Assembly: GCA_030141605.1 (NCBI GenBank)
Contig: JAQGDQ010000653.1
Location: 1-48,149 of the forward strand
DNA length: 48,149 nt
From: Tubiluchus corallicola
Taxonomy: Eukaryota; Animalia; Priapulida
Direction: 5' to 3'
Part shown: positions 34,098 through 48,149 of the stretch, in pieces
How the letters are laid out: every line of letters begins with the position of its first letter
How positions within the stretch are numbered: the stretch's first letter is position 1
The notes under the pieces: generated by a model
Database searches by the model: none
What the model saw: the letters and a program-made list of their open reading frames with translations, nothing else
What the model was told of the DNA's origin: nothing
Program-made: the position numbers and the translations under genes

Positions 34098-34949
34098 GTC
34101 CACCAACTGTGTACATGACAGCAGTAAAAGTGTTACTTGAAGTCCGGAAAACGACGGCAAATTTGATTTGTTTAGCGGAAGCTGGAATTCCCAGCCTCCA
34201 GAATAGAATACAGCAGTCACAAAGAAATTTGCTATTGAAACTGATAAGTCAAAGAACTGGTATGGTGGACGATCCATTTATGTTTGTTTGGAATTTATGT
34301 AAAACTAACAATACCAAAGGATACAAGTACCTCCAAAAAATCCTTTCTACTGATATCAAAGACGATGTTCCGGCAAAAATTCGTAACAAAACGGGAACAA
34401 AATTTTTGACATTTATAGAACTCAACCCATGTTTAGAACCTCATAAAGTCTATAATGATATGGAATCTGAAATCCCGGACTACCAAAGAGTTGAATTTAC
34501 CAGACTTAGGACGTCATCGCATAATCTCATGGTAGAAATCGGACGTTGGTCCAGAATACCGAGAGAAGACAGATTATGTACATGCGGGGAAGAAGTTCAA
34601 ACAGAAGCCCACGTCTTATTGAGATGTCCGGTGACAGAAGATTTACGAATTGAACATTCTGAGTTGAACTTTTCTAGCATTTGTAACCTTATGCACTCCC
34701 CAAATTTAACGTCGTTAATGAAATATTGTTGGAGATGTGTTAAGACGTATGAGATGGTAAGACGTAGAACTATTGTGCCCCTACATTAGAACGCGATATT
34801 TTTGTTGATTCGGTAAAGAAATTTGCCCTCTGTATATGATTTTTTGTTTCGTAGTTAAATTTTAATTTCGTTAATTACATAGTTATCGTTGCCTACTTAT
34901 GTTATGTGAAATCATTACGGTGAATAAACTAATTCTAATTCTAATTCTA
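34098..34949 (+). mobile_element. 5'-truncated LINE (RTEX-like C-terminal Zn-knuckle region) with open ORF2 remnant 34109-34789
   Basis: RKTTANLICLAEAG...FTRLRTSSHNLMVEIGRWSRIPREDRLCTCGEEVQTEAHVLLRCP; 3' UTR ends in AATAAA plus (CTAATT)n at ~34923-34949. Clade assignment is from motif memory. Confidence 0.85.
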
Positions 34950-35496
34950 TGAAGGGGTCAGTGACGAATAAACGTGATCTGGTCAACCATACCGCTAATA
35001 TTGGACGACAGAGCGACATTGTATGGGTGATTCACATACAGTGGAAAATTTGTTTTATGTTAACAGTTTAGAAACCGTGAACGGTTGTCAGACTAAGCCT
35101 GCACTGCTCAATTATGAATCAAGCTCTACTAAGTTACTAATTCAATTTGTTAAGATGGGCTCAGGTGTTGTTCGGGGACAAGCATTATTTTCTTGTTAAT
35201 AATGAACAATAATTGTTAACAGTGAAAATTGGAAAATTTAATGATCACGCATTACAAAATACATAAAATAGACTGAGGATCGTGCAATATTATGTACTAT
35301 AACAAAGTATTTATATGTAATAAAAGAGTTTAATGAACTTAAATCAGAAGACATAAATTACGTCCACACAGCTCGAATCCAAGTGCGTAATGATACCTGA
35401 AGGCCTGTTCACACATGGGAACTATATTGTACCAGGCTACTATATTGATAACGTTACAGATCGGATTACCCTATATATAGGCTAATATATGCTGCT

Positions 35497-35776
35497 GCCT
35501 AGCGCCCCTCAAAGTTGTGGGCCCCAGCTTGAGGACCCTTGCAAAAACGTTTACATATATATATATGTGTGTGTATATGTATATATTTAGAATAAGTAGA
35601 ATATTTAAATATTTTGCATTGCTGAATAATTAATTTACATAACTTAAAATAAAATTTCAACTTTAAAAAAGGTCCGGGTGTCTAAAAATCCTTTTTTAAA
35701 AAAGTGGTTCCTTGTAGCTTGAGGGTCCCATAATTTCATTAGCCTAGGGGCGCCAAAAGGTCATAATCCGGCACTG
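35497..35776. mobile_element. 3' part of a hAT-like MITE
   Basis: Ends in TAATCCGGCACTG, similar to the TIR class at 32142; GGGCCCC/GCGCCCC subterminal motifs; 5' end not found. Confidence 0.45.
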
Positions 35777-36149
35777 CACGCACTCTAGATGACTAATTAT
35801 ATTTTTATATTGGGTGAGTTGAGCAAGTAAATTTGGTTTAGTGAAGGCTTACTAATCTTTATTTACTCAGATCAATAATTAAGGTACATTCCAGTTACTG
35901 CTGTTATTCTATAACGCGATGAGCCGCTTTTCCTGCTTCTTTTGTTTGGCTGAAAAAATACAAGTCATTTACGAAAATTCAAGGTGGCTCAGCCGAAAAT
36001 GATCTGCAGTTTTAAAATGTGATGCATGTCAACAAATCGCCGTATATTAAGATTTCATTATTCAATTTGAACAGCCTTTATCATTTAGAATAATGCTAGC
36101 GTTGAATTGATCTTTAAAGACCAGTAAATAATAAACTGAAAAATAATAT

Positions 36150-36710
<561 letters not shown>

Positions 36711-38054
36711 GCATTATAAAATATACCCCCGTGGAATCGCAGTACGTAAAAACTGTTACATAAAATATTTGAAATCGTCAAGTCAGACTCGATGCAGCGT
36801 TACAACGAATAACGAAGATCAATATCCTTTGTTGCAAAAATACTCTTTTAGTAATATAGGCTAGTAATAGTGTAAGGCATTTACAAGCCACCAAGCAACA
36901 GTAACAGTGTTACGTAATACAGATAGGGGTTTAATTGCTATGGAGCAGTTGCAATACGTGTATCTGAAATTAATCTTATAGAAATTGATACAATAGAATA
37001 TTGAGCAAATCATGCGATGTAGATATTATCACAGTTTGGCTGTCAGGTTGGTGAGATAATATTGTTATTAATGAAACCGACCAGCCTTATAAAATTCACA
37101 TAGATTAGTTAATTCGTCAAGAAGCCTCTTTCAGACGTTCACATTCCATAAGAAGTTAAAATTTTAATGAAAATTAAATTTCGGAAAATTACGCAGTTGT
37201 TGCCGCCGTTGTCGTCCTCGTTGCATTTGTCGCCATCAGTATTGTCATCAACTTTGCCACAACCATTTATCTCCTTTCATTATTATTAACATTTGAAGTC
37301 TTCTTTGACTCATAGACTTCTGTGATTTAAGTCAGATCTGCTTTTGCGCAATGAAAACGTTTCACATTAGTCATTTATTGGACAATCACACGTTTGCATA
37401 AGACATTGATCGTCTTCTAGTTAATTGCTAACGTGCCTAAATGTTGACATTAGCAACATACCTCACAATGTTAACAGAAGCTGGCTGGATAGTTGATTCA
37501 CAAACAGTGGCGTGAATGATGGCCGAGGCATGCTTTGTAACAATTTCCTGTCTTTATTGCAGCACGTCTGATGAAGGACATTTTACGCTACTCATGTTAC
37601 ACGCTAAATTTGTTTTAGACGCACCACGTGCTGGTGCATGTTTAGTACACTGACTTGGGGCACTTAAACTAGCATCATCATCATCGTCATCGTCATCGTT
37701 ATGTTCGTCATCGTCAGCACTGTCATCGACGCTCACCCATACTATCATCGATCATCCACATTTTAAAATCCCTTTAGGAACTTTAGGTGGACAAGCTGAA
37801 TGAAAACGTACCTTGGTGCAAAAAACTGGTTCTTGTAGTAAATTATTACAATCATCAGCTTGAAAAACACATTAATTGCTTACTAGTCACTAAGTCTTAA
37901 CTGCTCCCTGCTTTATTAGCAAAGGAAATATAAACATTTACTTCTAGACTTCCCCAACAAATTTAAATTTTTTTTCTTTATTTTAAGTTTTTTCTATTTC
38001 ACAGGTTCACTAGCTGCTTCTTTGATTTTTCTATGCTCTCACATTTAAATATTT

Positions 38055-38705
38055 CTTCTTCACCATCACCGCTGTGAGAATTGTCACCATTGCCTGTGTC
38101 ACTATCATCATCATCACCACCATCATCATCATCACCATCATCATTGTCATCACCATACGACCATCATCTGCATCATTGTCATGGGTATCACCATCATCAC
38201 TTTACTGTTATCACCTTGATCATCTTCACCATCACCGCTGTCTTTGGCATCTCATCTCTCTATTACTCGAATAACCATCTCACTACCACTAGCATCACCA
38301 TCTTCATCATTATAACTAGCACTACTTTCACTGGCGTGATCATCATCACTATCACTAGCATCACCACCATCATCATTATAACTAGCACTACTTTCACTGG
38401 CGTGATCATCATCACTATCACTAGCAACACCACCACAACAACAATCATCATCGTTGGCGTCGTCACCATCATCGTCATCATTCTTGTCGTCGTAGTTATG
38501 ATCATTATCATTGTAGTTGTCGTCGTTGTCGTCTTCATCATCACCTTCATCATCATCATCACTATCATCACCATGGCGATATCAATTTCAACACCACCAG
38601 TATCTTCATCACCATTAGTGCCGCCCAACGTGATAAACATCATCTCCAAATAATAGATTTCATCATCATCGTCATCATCATCGACTTTGATGTTCTCATC
38701 ACCAT
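38055..38705. repeat. Degenerate (CAT/CAC/CGT)n low-complexity tract with an internal 66-bp duplication
   Basis: ATC-rich trinucleotide tract; ATTATAACTAGCACTACTTTCACTGGCGTGATCATCATCACTATCACTAGCA at 38309 and 38375. Similar smaller tracts at 33775-33920 and 37672-37755. Confidence 0.9.
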
Positions 38706-39998
38706 AATTTTATCTTCGCCGATGAAACTTGTTTCCTTACTTTTAATGACATCAGGTAATTAACCCACAAATTGATCTAATTAATGATACCATACGGAGC
38801 ATATTGATTATGACGTCAGCAATGACGTAAGTTGGTGATGCTTAACAGTTGGTAGCATTGGGTTTAAGATACCCGGTGCTAAAATCGACCCATTAATCAA
38901 GATAATAAACGATTTTGAAGGAAACTTATTGATTTTAGAATAGTTACCATGCAAGTCTTTGCAGTAGCCTGCAGCTGAATTAGAGCTGTACAAGTCCGTT
39001 AATCGTAAATTGCCGCAATTTATGATTTGAATCGATCCCTTCAGCCATGAACCAAGACGACGACACGGGTAAATCGAATGGAACGGAAATTACCCGAATC
39101 CTGTGTTTCAATATCAGTTAAGCCCCTGAACGGATATTATAATCCCGTCGTAATTAACATTTACTATTGGAAGCTGATTTAAAGGTGATACGTTCTATAT
39201 AATTACCCAAATTATGATGAGGAAAGGACAATACGAGGCTGTGACATCTTTTCAGTTCGCACGTTAGTAGTTCCATTATGGCGATCATTTGAGTATATAA
39301 TTTCTCTTCCATCTCTTTTTCATTACCTTCGCTGTTTGCCAACCGTCTAAAAATAAACAATGTCCAGTGTAAAAATTATCCTTTCTTCAAAAATTATCAG
39401 TAAGATAGACACTGATGCAAAGGTTAAATTTCACCTATTTGCAAAATAACACAACCCCTCCATTTGCAGGGCAAGAATGCACTACGTATACAAAAGTACA
39501 CTATATATACAAAAATGTTCAATGTTCACACGACATATTTGAGAGAAACCCATTTTTGCACCATAGTTATACCAATGAATACTTTCACTTTTTTGCTACA
39601 ATTGCGATTTGAAAAATTATTGCCAGATAATGTTTCTAATACTACTAGACGTTACACAATATTAGTTTTTAACTAAGATTTTGTGCATAGTTTCTTAGAG
39701 TGCAGATTTATTTCAATACAAGTCTTCTAAATTTCGTGACTGTGAGGCATTTCGCATAAAAGATTTAGCGTTGTACAGGGCAATCGAATATTAAGTGTTC
39801 GGGCTTTTGTATATCTACAAATCACTTACAGTAATCACGATCGTTTAATCAGTTAATCCATTATCTGTACGGAGGTACGATATGTATCGGTAGAATTTCT
39901 ACCAAGCAAAAAACTGAGCGCAAGGGATTTAGTTAGTTTCTATTGGTAGACGAAGTGATCGGAGAGAAGTCTGTGGACTTGTCTATATTCCTGCTAAG

Positions 39999-40001
<3 letters not shown>

Positions 40002-40087
<86 letters not shown>

Positions 40088-40230
40088 ACACACTATCTCT
40101 CCTCTCTCTCTTTCCCTCTCTCCCTCTCTCTTCTCTCTGTCTCTCTTCTTCCTCCCCCCTCTCTCTCTCTCTCTCTGCACGAGAGAGAGAGAGAGATAAG
40201 TGAACGAAAAAGAGAGAGAAAGAGAGGGAG
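40002..40230. repeat. (CT)n followed by (GA)n microsatellite
   Basis: Directly visible. Confidence 0.95.
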
Positions 40231-43200
40231 ATCACTGAGGTAAAAATCTATTATTCCTTTCTAAAAATATTTGAAAAACCAACTTAGTCATATATCATTT
40301 TATTCATTTTGTGATCGATAAAGTCAACAAAATGAAATTTCAATGCTTCCAAGCGATCAATGAAAATGTGAGAATCAAACAAATGTGTTCCGACGCCAGC
40401 TGTGCAGAAGAAATTTGTTTTTGAAATCAAAACTCGCTGTTGTTTGTCTTATACCGTTTGCTCACAGAAACCGCACTGAATTCTACCCACCGGCTTACAA
40501 TTTACATGTTTCACATGGAACATTTCACGGGCTAGCATCAATATACACCGTAACCGTGGAAACGATGAGGGCTGCAGAGTCTTCTGCTGCGATTTCCAAT
40601 GATTATACCAAGCAAAGCGGGCTGGCTTCATTCTGTAATTTCGTGTCTGTATTTCATTGTCATTTAGCTGACATTGAAATTACTGTATAGTAATGATTAA
40701 TTTGGTCAATTGTTCGGACAAGCATTTACATTAAGTATAGACCCTGCCGCCAGGTGCTGGATCCCAGCTTCAAAGAGATCAGAACTATACATTCCTGCAA
40801 GGCTAAAGCAAGCCAAACGTACATAAGTTCATTAACCTGGGTTAGAATTTGATTACTCTTTATAAACTCTATAATATAGTTTCCTAGCTGCTCTATTAAT
40901 GCAGCTTTCTGCCAATTTTAAATTTCATAAAATATACGAAAAACACAATTTGCCAGATTTGCTTATTTGTTGAGTTTCTTATTAGTTAATTAATTATTAT
41001 TTATTATTATTTGTTAGTTATTATTAATTTTAATACATTTGAGTAATTTTTCGATAATTTAGTACAAATGAGCACATTGCAGACTGAAATGCCAGCACTC
41101 AATGACCAACTCTGTTATGTTGGTGGGTTGTGGCAGGACCAGAATGTCTCTCATTATCAACAGTAGTCCTCTAAGATGAGATTCTGAATGAGAGAGGTGT
41201 ATTATACATGATCATTGGAATGCATATATCGGGTAGCGCAGAAAAAATGTGCGTACAAGTTTAGACTAAAATAATATTAGAAGTGAGTACCCTACAAAAG
41301 TTGAAATTTCACAGCATTATTGTACAATTAGGTTTTGGCTGTGAAAATTACAGGTCTATTGTTTTAGTGGTTTTCAAGTTATAACGAAAAGCTTTTGCAT
41401 GTTTAAAAATTAAACACCAGAATCAGGTGTTCAACAATGGAAAAACAGCCACGTTCAGTGCTGTATAAACGCTCAGTGCATATAGCAAAACAATCAAGAA
41501 TTCATGCAGTTTACATGACGGTCATCACCAGAGAAGAGAAAAATGGACGTAATTGTCTGGGTTACGGTATCTAGAATTCCCCCCTTAAAGAGAAAATGTT
41601 ACAAGAGCCGTGCGATACAGAGCAAAAATTGCCGAGTGCTGAGACCGCATAATAAAGTGAGAAACAGTAGTATCAGCTGTTGGAAACTCCTTCGTTCAGT
41701 CCTAATTTTCAGTGAAAATGGTCGACACATAGAGCAATTGTTGTAAATTTTAGCAACTTATTATTATATACCTTATTATTTTTTGACTTGTTGCCTTAAA
41801 ACTTCTGTATTTTTGGAAAAGTCTAAGAGACTAACCTAACAATTTCTGTGTCTATTCAGAAACGACTGTAACATCAGCGTGGTAATTTTCGAGCGATTCC
41901 GTTATTTTCTTCTTATAACATCGTGATTAAAACTTTGGCACGCTTTTTTGTGCCACCTGATACATCTTCTCTCGATGTGCTTCAATAGCGGGAAGCAGAA
42001 GCATTTTTTACGTTTACAAACTGCACTATGATTACCCCCTGTTGTCCTCCTATTAAGCCACGGTTATTATTAAGACTATAATTACACTTGTCTAGTGTAA
42101 CAGTAAATTGTAATGCATGGCTTTTTGCTGACTTGTCTCTCAAAGAGCTTTCAGAGCTTCCTAATTTCTGCTTTTTTCAATGCGCACTCTGCTCATTCAT
42201 AAACAAAATACATTTTATTGTCCAACCTCTTGCTCACCATTATAATTGCAAGATACTTAAAATCACATAATTTACAGTGTGAAAAGATCACTAATTAAAG
42301 TACTAGATAAAAAATTTAAAATTTAAAAAACCAATTCAATGGCTGGTAAAATTCTCATACAATACGAGTATAAAATGTGTTTATCTGCGCATTTTAAATG
42401 GATTTAAATTAATATTTTGATCTGTTGACATGTAAATTATTTCTTACATAAATTATCTTACATTCGCAATGTCTGAGAAAGAGATTCGAAAATCTCGCGG
42501 CGGCATGATTAAATATGGTCAATAAAATATAAGCAATAACATGCCTTGATACTTTGATGAAACGTTAATAGACATCATCATGTCATCACGTTTGTACACT
42601 TCTTTGTGTCTAGCTTTGGACCGTCAAGAAAGATTTCTTAATTTAAAAACCCTCTTTTCTTCAATTTTCTTGTGCTCTCTCTGAGTAATAGGAAGTAACT
42701 TCATTCAGATCAGATTCACTTTACGCTGTCAATATCATTACCGGGGTGGCTTCTCGCAGATAAGGATACTGAAAGTCAACTTGAAGAAATTCTATAGGAC
42801 AACGTAACTTAGTATTTGCTAGTGTTGACGTGCAGCTTATTCAAATATGATGATTGAAGGAATCTGATCCAAAGCAAGCGAAGCCAAGTGGGGCTATTTT
42901 ATTACATATCTCAAACTTTGCACTTTATTGAAAACGCTGTTCATGAAGACGTTAAAAATTTTACTGAAAATGCGTATCAAACTAAGAGGCAACACACAGT
43001 GGATTTACAGTACTACCCGTCTGCCCAGTGCGTGTAATCCCAAGCCCCAAAGGATTAACAGCTTATTCTTGACCTTATTCTTATCCTTGAATCAAAACAC
43101 AGTTCTAAACGAATCCTAGATAGGGAACTCAGTGTGGGCCTCTGAGTCACCGTGATCCAGTGCTTCGGCTTGGAACTGTATCTCTGTCATAGCGACTATG

Positions 43201-44111
43201 CATTTTGTTTCTAATAATTGCCTGATCCTAGCGGTCTGCTACATAAGTTGAAATAACTGTTGAAAGAATATGGAAGAGTTGTTACGAATGCATCTGTGAA
43301 GTACTTCACAAAATAATTTTTCAGTATTTTATTTGCCATATATCTGCAGGACGAAGGGACTTACACTAATACTGGTGTTATTTGATTGACTTTAGCCACT
43401 AAGAATAACACGGTTACCAAATACACACTCTCAGTTTTTACCTTATTTTGTAACTATATTATTAGACAATTTATTGGAAAAATGTTCAGGCCTATACGGT
43501 CGATTTATTTTGTCTAGTGTTCATGGACCAGAAAAAGTTCGATCCATGCTCGGTTATATGTCGCTCTGTTAGGTTTAGTAGACCAACACGTAAGTGGAAC
43601 AAATCGCCTACCTCTTTCTCCAAATCATCTTAGTTTTGAGATCTTTCGACTGCGACACGCACTTCCGTCGTACCTGGCGCATCGAGTCCCGAACATCTCG
43701 ATTATCGGCATACGGCTGGCCGATGCAGATGAGTTTCTCTCGAAAATTTGCGGCTAGACAGTTAACATCAGACACCATCTACAGAAAAAAGAATTACTCG
43801 CGTAAGTAATGTCCATCATTGGTTAATAATAACTTGAGATTTTATGTAGATTTTGAATTCAATTTTAAACTGTCCAGCGTCACAATGATCGGGTGATTGA
43901 AATAATAGTTGGTATTTCAAGTGACGAGCCAAAAGTGATGAGCTTGGATGCACTATAGTTATTAACACGGTACTCACTAACACAGCTTCGGATTCTTGAA
44001 ATTCGGCATTCACCAAAACTGTGATAAAAGATCTCACGAAATGTTATAGTAAACCCACTACCTAGGCAGCTGCGACTTTGAGCTATAACATTGGCAATCT
44101 CGTCTAGTGGG

Positions 44112-44549
44112 TAAGAGTGAGCATCGAGCGTTCGAGTTCAAACGTTCGAGTCGAATTCGAACGCTCGAATTCGATTCGAACGAGTTTTTTTATGTCGAAC
44201 TCGATTCGAATCCAAAACTATAGATTCGAATAATTCAGCACTTCAATCACATGTTCCTTATCACTAAAACGTTTGAAACATCATGCAATTAGCATAATTT
44301 AGCTGTGATTTCTGCACACAATTTTAAAGAAATTACTAGTCGTTTTATTGCAGAACAAAATCTAGTGATATGCATGATCGTTGTAAGACTAATTTTTACA
44401 GGTGGTTCGAAAACTTGTTCGAAATTCTTTCAATCTCAATGCAAATTCGATTCGAATTCGAAACACTGAAGTTCGGTTGGATTCGAATTCGAAAGTCACA
44501 AATTCGGTTCGATTCGAATTCGCGTTCTGGTAGAGAATGCTCACCCCTA
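44112..44549. mobile_element. hAT-type MITE (438 bp) with perfect 8-bp TSD and TTCGA-rich subterminal repeats
   Basis: TIRs TAAGAGTGAGCAT / ATGCTCACCCCTA; CTAGTGGG duplicated at 44104-44111 and 44550-44557; dense TTCGAA/GAATTC/TTCGAT motifs at both ends. Confidence 0.9.
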
Positions 44550-45589
44550 CTAGTGGGATAGTGTTTTCATGGGGTACTTTTCTGGAACAAATCTCGATCT
44601 CAAACAGACAGAGATCCGCCAGTCACAGTCAGGTGCAAAATGGACAGAATTTTGTACTTCGTCTTTCTGTAAACCTCCAGAATTTTGAGCACACGGTGCA
44701 TACTCGAACAAGGTTGCCTGATCGCTCTTAGTTCCCTGGTTACCGTACTGGCTGCTTAACAACCGGCCGCCAATGCCGGGCGGGCGTTGTGATGACCCCC
44801 AAACTAACGTCTGTCAGCTTTTCAAGTCTAACGCCACCGTTCTGCCTAAGCAGTGGTCAATGGACATCATCCAAAACCACTCTAACACGGCTGCGCACCA
44901 AAATGCGGCACGTTCTGGATCAAGGTAACGCCTGTCCCTATGAAACGAACAGTCATACTATAAGGGTATCACAACAGATGCCCCGTAATATCATCAAACT
45001 CGGAGATAGTTCTAAATGACAAAAATAGTTACAATTAATAAAAAAAATGCCACAATAACTCTAAGGAAAAGACAAGATGTTTCATTCCATCATTTTGAGC
45101 TATCTTCAGGTGAAAAAGAAAAGGCGCATAATTAATCACGATGTACTATCTTTTTTATTTTCCGGTATATTTAAATACATTCACAAAAAATAGTACTCGC
45201 GAAAGGACAAGATCATTGAAAAGCACAGAGTGCGCAGTAAATAAAAGCCACGAAAAAAGCACAAAGAGTACTAATCACAACAAAACGATAACAACACATT
45301 TGACTACATTTTCATGCATTTATAATCCTGGGACTTGCTAGAAAACAGACGTTTTTGTGCTCTTACATCAGCGCTATTGTAACATTTTGTGTTTTTTGCT
45401 GCGCTTTTATTGTGGCTGTGTTTTTTTTCGTACGTATATTTCTGTGTTACTAGTAACTTATTTAGGTCTGCACCACAAAACCCAACAAGTCTGTATTTAG
45501 TGATCATATGATTTTCTTTTTCACAATCGCAATTGCGAATTTAATATGAATGTCTCAGAAGTAGTAGAACCTGAAGTATTTAAAGCCGA

Positions 45590-46634
45590 ATGCATTACTG
45601 AATTCTAAAGCTAGTAATCTTGCTGTTAGGGCAGAGCTTGGAGTATACTCAGTTTATATATTTATAATTAAATTAATAGTGAAATTCTGGTTACATATGT
45701 TAGAAATGCCTGAAGATAGTTTAGCACATAGTGCTTATTTGATGTGTAAAGAATTAGACACGAATGGTAACTACGCTTGAGTTACGTGCATCAGGAAAAT
45801 ATTATGTAAACTTGGCTTTACCCATGTTTGGAAGAACGGATGTACTTTCAGCAAAACTAAGCTAATCTATTCAATCGAAAAGAAATTGTGCAGTAATCAT
45901 AATAGCTATTTTCTGAGTGCTATCCATAATGATAGTGCTCGTCCAAATGACTCTAATGAACTAAGGACGTATAGACTGTTCAAATCTGAGTATGAACACA
46001 AAAATCATCAATCATGCTAGGATATAAGGAAGCCTACACAAAATTCTGTGTTAGCGCGCATAGGTTACAAATTGAAGCTGGTCGATATACCAGACCTAAA
46101 ACTACTGTTGATATGAGAAAATGTACTTTATGTAAGAATGGGAGCACTGAAGGTGAATTTCACATTAGTATGCAATGCAATAATTATTGTCAAGAAAGGA
46201 CAGCGTTCTTAAATCAAATATCAGATATCTTTCCAGAATTCTCATTCATGCGTGATATTGATAAATTTATATTTTCAAACAAAAGTGGAGATGTGGAAGT
46301 TAAGAAATTGTTGATTAACTATGTGCATAAAATTAAAACAATAGGTGATTCTAAATTAAGAGCTGCGAATTAATTTTGCTAAGATTCAATATATTGAATC
46401 AGCACTGTGATATATATGTAGATGTGTTTGTTATAAATTATGGTATATTTTTTAATGAAATACGATTAAAAAGAGCCCTGTATTTGTAGGGACGTGTTCC
46501 TGCATGCGTTGTTTTTTTAAGTTTGTGATTTGTTAATTGTATTTGTGTTCATGTTTTGTTAAATAAAGCGTGTATTGTTCTTTTTCTTGTTGTTGTTGTT
46601 GTTGTTGTTGTTGTTCTTCTTCTTCTTCTTCTTC

Positions 46635-46693
<59 letters not shown>
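45590..46693 (+). mobile_element. Degraded 5'-truncated LINE (RTEX-like) ending in a compound microsatellite
   Basis: NSKASNLAVRAELG...VKFWLHML...CIRKILCKLGFTHVW (with stop) ... KFCVSAHRLQIEAGRY...RKCTLC...EGEFHISMQC; AATAAA at 46562-46567, then (TTG)(TTC)(TTA)n to 46693. Confidence 0.85.
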
Positions 46694-46695
<2 letters not shown>

Positions 46696-47350
46696 TGAAT
46701 TTCGCTCTGACCGGTAAAATAGCGGTGGGCAGTAACTGAAGTCAACTGATAGCAATTTAAGTCAAATGAAATTGAAAGCAATGCTACAGAGAATTCTGTA
46801 ATTGCTAGTAAATGAGATGTCATAATGGCGCTTGGCAAAAATCTAAGTCAGGTAAAAGCAACATCTTGGGAACTGGTAATATCTAGTCCACTGTTGATGC
46901 CTATTGAATCTTGACTGACATGCTCTCGAGTATTGAGTCAACAATTTTAACAGTCTTAAATTTCCACAAGATTATTCTTCCTATTATAATTTCGGGTGTT
47001 GTATTATTATAAGCATAATTACTTTATTATAAAAATCAATAAAGCATTACAAATAAAACCCAGGTTAAGAGTATACCTATAACACACAGGGCTGTTACGG
47101 TGACAAAAAAGAATACACTAATACTCACAAATATATGCTATACAAAAAGTAACAAAAACGCTATACACAAGTTACGAATTATTTATAATCTTTCACATAT
47201 TATTTAATGCAATGTTGTGAAATAATCACAGTACTATACATGTATAACGTTAAAATGACACTGAGCTGTGACTATACAATGACAAAAAATTTGATGTTGA
47301 CTGACAATTGAATTCAATAAAACAACAATTAAATAAACAATTTTACGAGA

Positions 47351-47485
47351 CAATTCAATTCAATTTCAATTCAATTTTATTTTCTCATTAGCAGTTTAAA
47401 ATTCATCTTAATTATTTTTATATTTCATTGTAGCCGAGAAGGAGCAGCGAAAGACTTATTGGTCACTTGGTCAGCTGCCCCTTAT
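47351..47485 (-). mobile_element. 3'-end fragment of an L2/Crack-like LINE
   Basis: (AATTG)n-type tail plus AATAAA on the minus strand, and a stem-loop homologous to 5816-5865. Confidence 0.7.
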
Positions 47486-48149
47486 TAAAAGTACCAGTTT
47501 ATTTACAGGGTGATGACATTTTCATCAAACAAACGCAATTCAACTCAAAACAAAAGAAATTATTATAAGCAAAACAAAACAGGATTCAACTAGTGGCAAA
47601 AATTATAACACACAAAAGCAACAAAATCAAACTCAAGAGCAAAAACAAAATTCAGTTTAAAGCAAAACATATATGAAGCAACAGTAACAAAAATCTTCGC
47701 AAGGCGAAAACAAAATATATAATTAGGCGAGCAGAATTTTGTGATGAGACAGGTTGATTCTGCTAGCTCGTGTAGGTAAAGTGTCAAGCGATGCGTTTAT
47801 GATAAACTGTTTCTTTACGAGGAAGATTTAAGGCTATTGATTTCTGTGTTGCCTCAATGTTTTCATACTTGTGTAATTTCACAAAATTTCCTTGGACGAT
47901 GAGTGGTTGCATATTAATTCAGTCCAGTGTACTGTGCATTCTTCTTACACTGATTCTTTAATATGTTGTTTTGCATGTACGATTGGAGTTTGGTGTGTTG
48001 GCTGGGATACGTCCGTATCAAGTATCGCAGCTTGGCTGCTTTCCTCTGCTTTTATAGTTTGCGATTTTTTGCGGACCATTTTGATCCCCTATTTAGTTTT
48101 TTACCAAAATCTGACCAAAATTTTTCGGTAAAAATGTTTTTACCAAAAC

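Noticed and set aside
37752-37858. Possible minus-strand exon encoding KVRF...KGILK (PP1-docking-like motifs)
   Set aside because: Weak AAG acceptor, short length and no way to link it confidently to other exons.
44558-44930. Cys-spaced minus-strand fragment (VCTVCSK...FCPFC...LC) reminiscent of a piggyBac C-terminal domain
   Set aside because: Interrupted by stops, with no catalytic-domain motifs or clear TTAA/TIR; too weak to call without a profile search.

Overview
Intron- and repeat-rich, AT-rich animal genomic DNA, probably from a protostome invertebrate (judged from the NDUFA13 C-terminus). (1) Bases 1-1710 are a CpG-rich segment that looks like the right end of a Maverick/Polinton virus-like element. 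It ends in ACTACT, has a repeat-rich terminal region, and its last gene is an intronless, divergent TATA-binding-protein (TBP) fold ORF overlapping the preceding ORF. This is the most unusual thing in the window. (2) A near full-length but inactivated L2/CR1-group LINE lies on the minus strand (~5685-10795), probably inside the 5'-UTR intron of (3) an AMDHD2/NagA GlcNAc-6-P deacetylase gene with an intronless CDS (11062-12330). (4) A five-exon NDUFA13/GRIM-19 gene on the minus strand (14805-26107), missed by the ORF track, was reconstructed from splice sites. (5) A tentative spliced orphan gene lies at ~30898-33673 and possibly further upstream. (6) The rest is MITEs with TSDs, LINE and Gypsy relics, and mini/microsatellites. 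All calls are by eye; no database searches were run.
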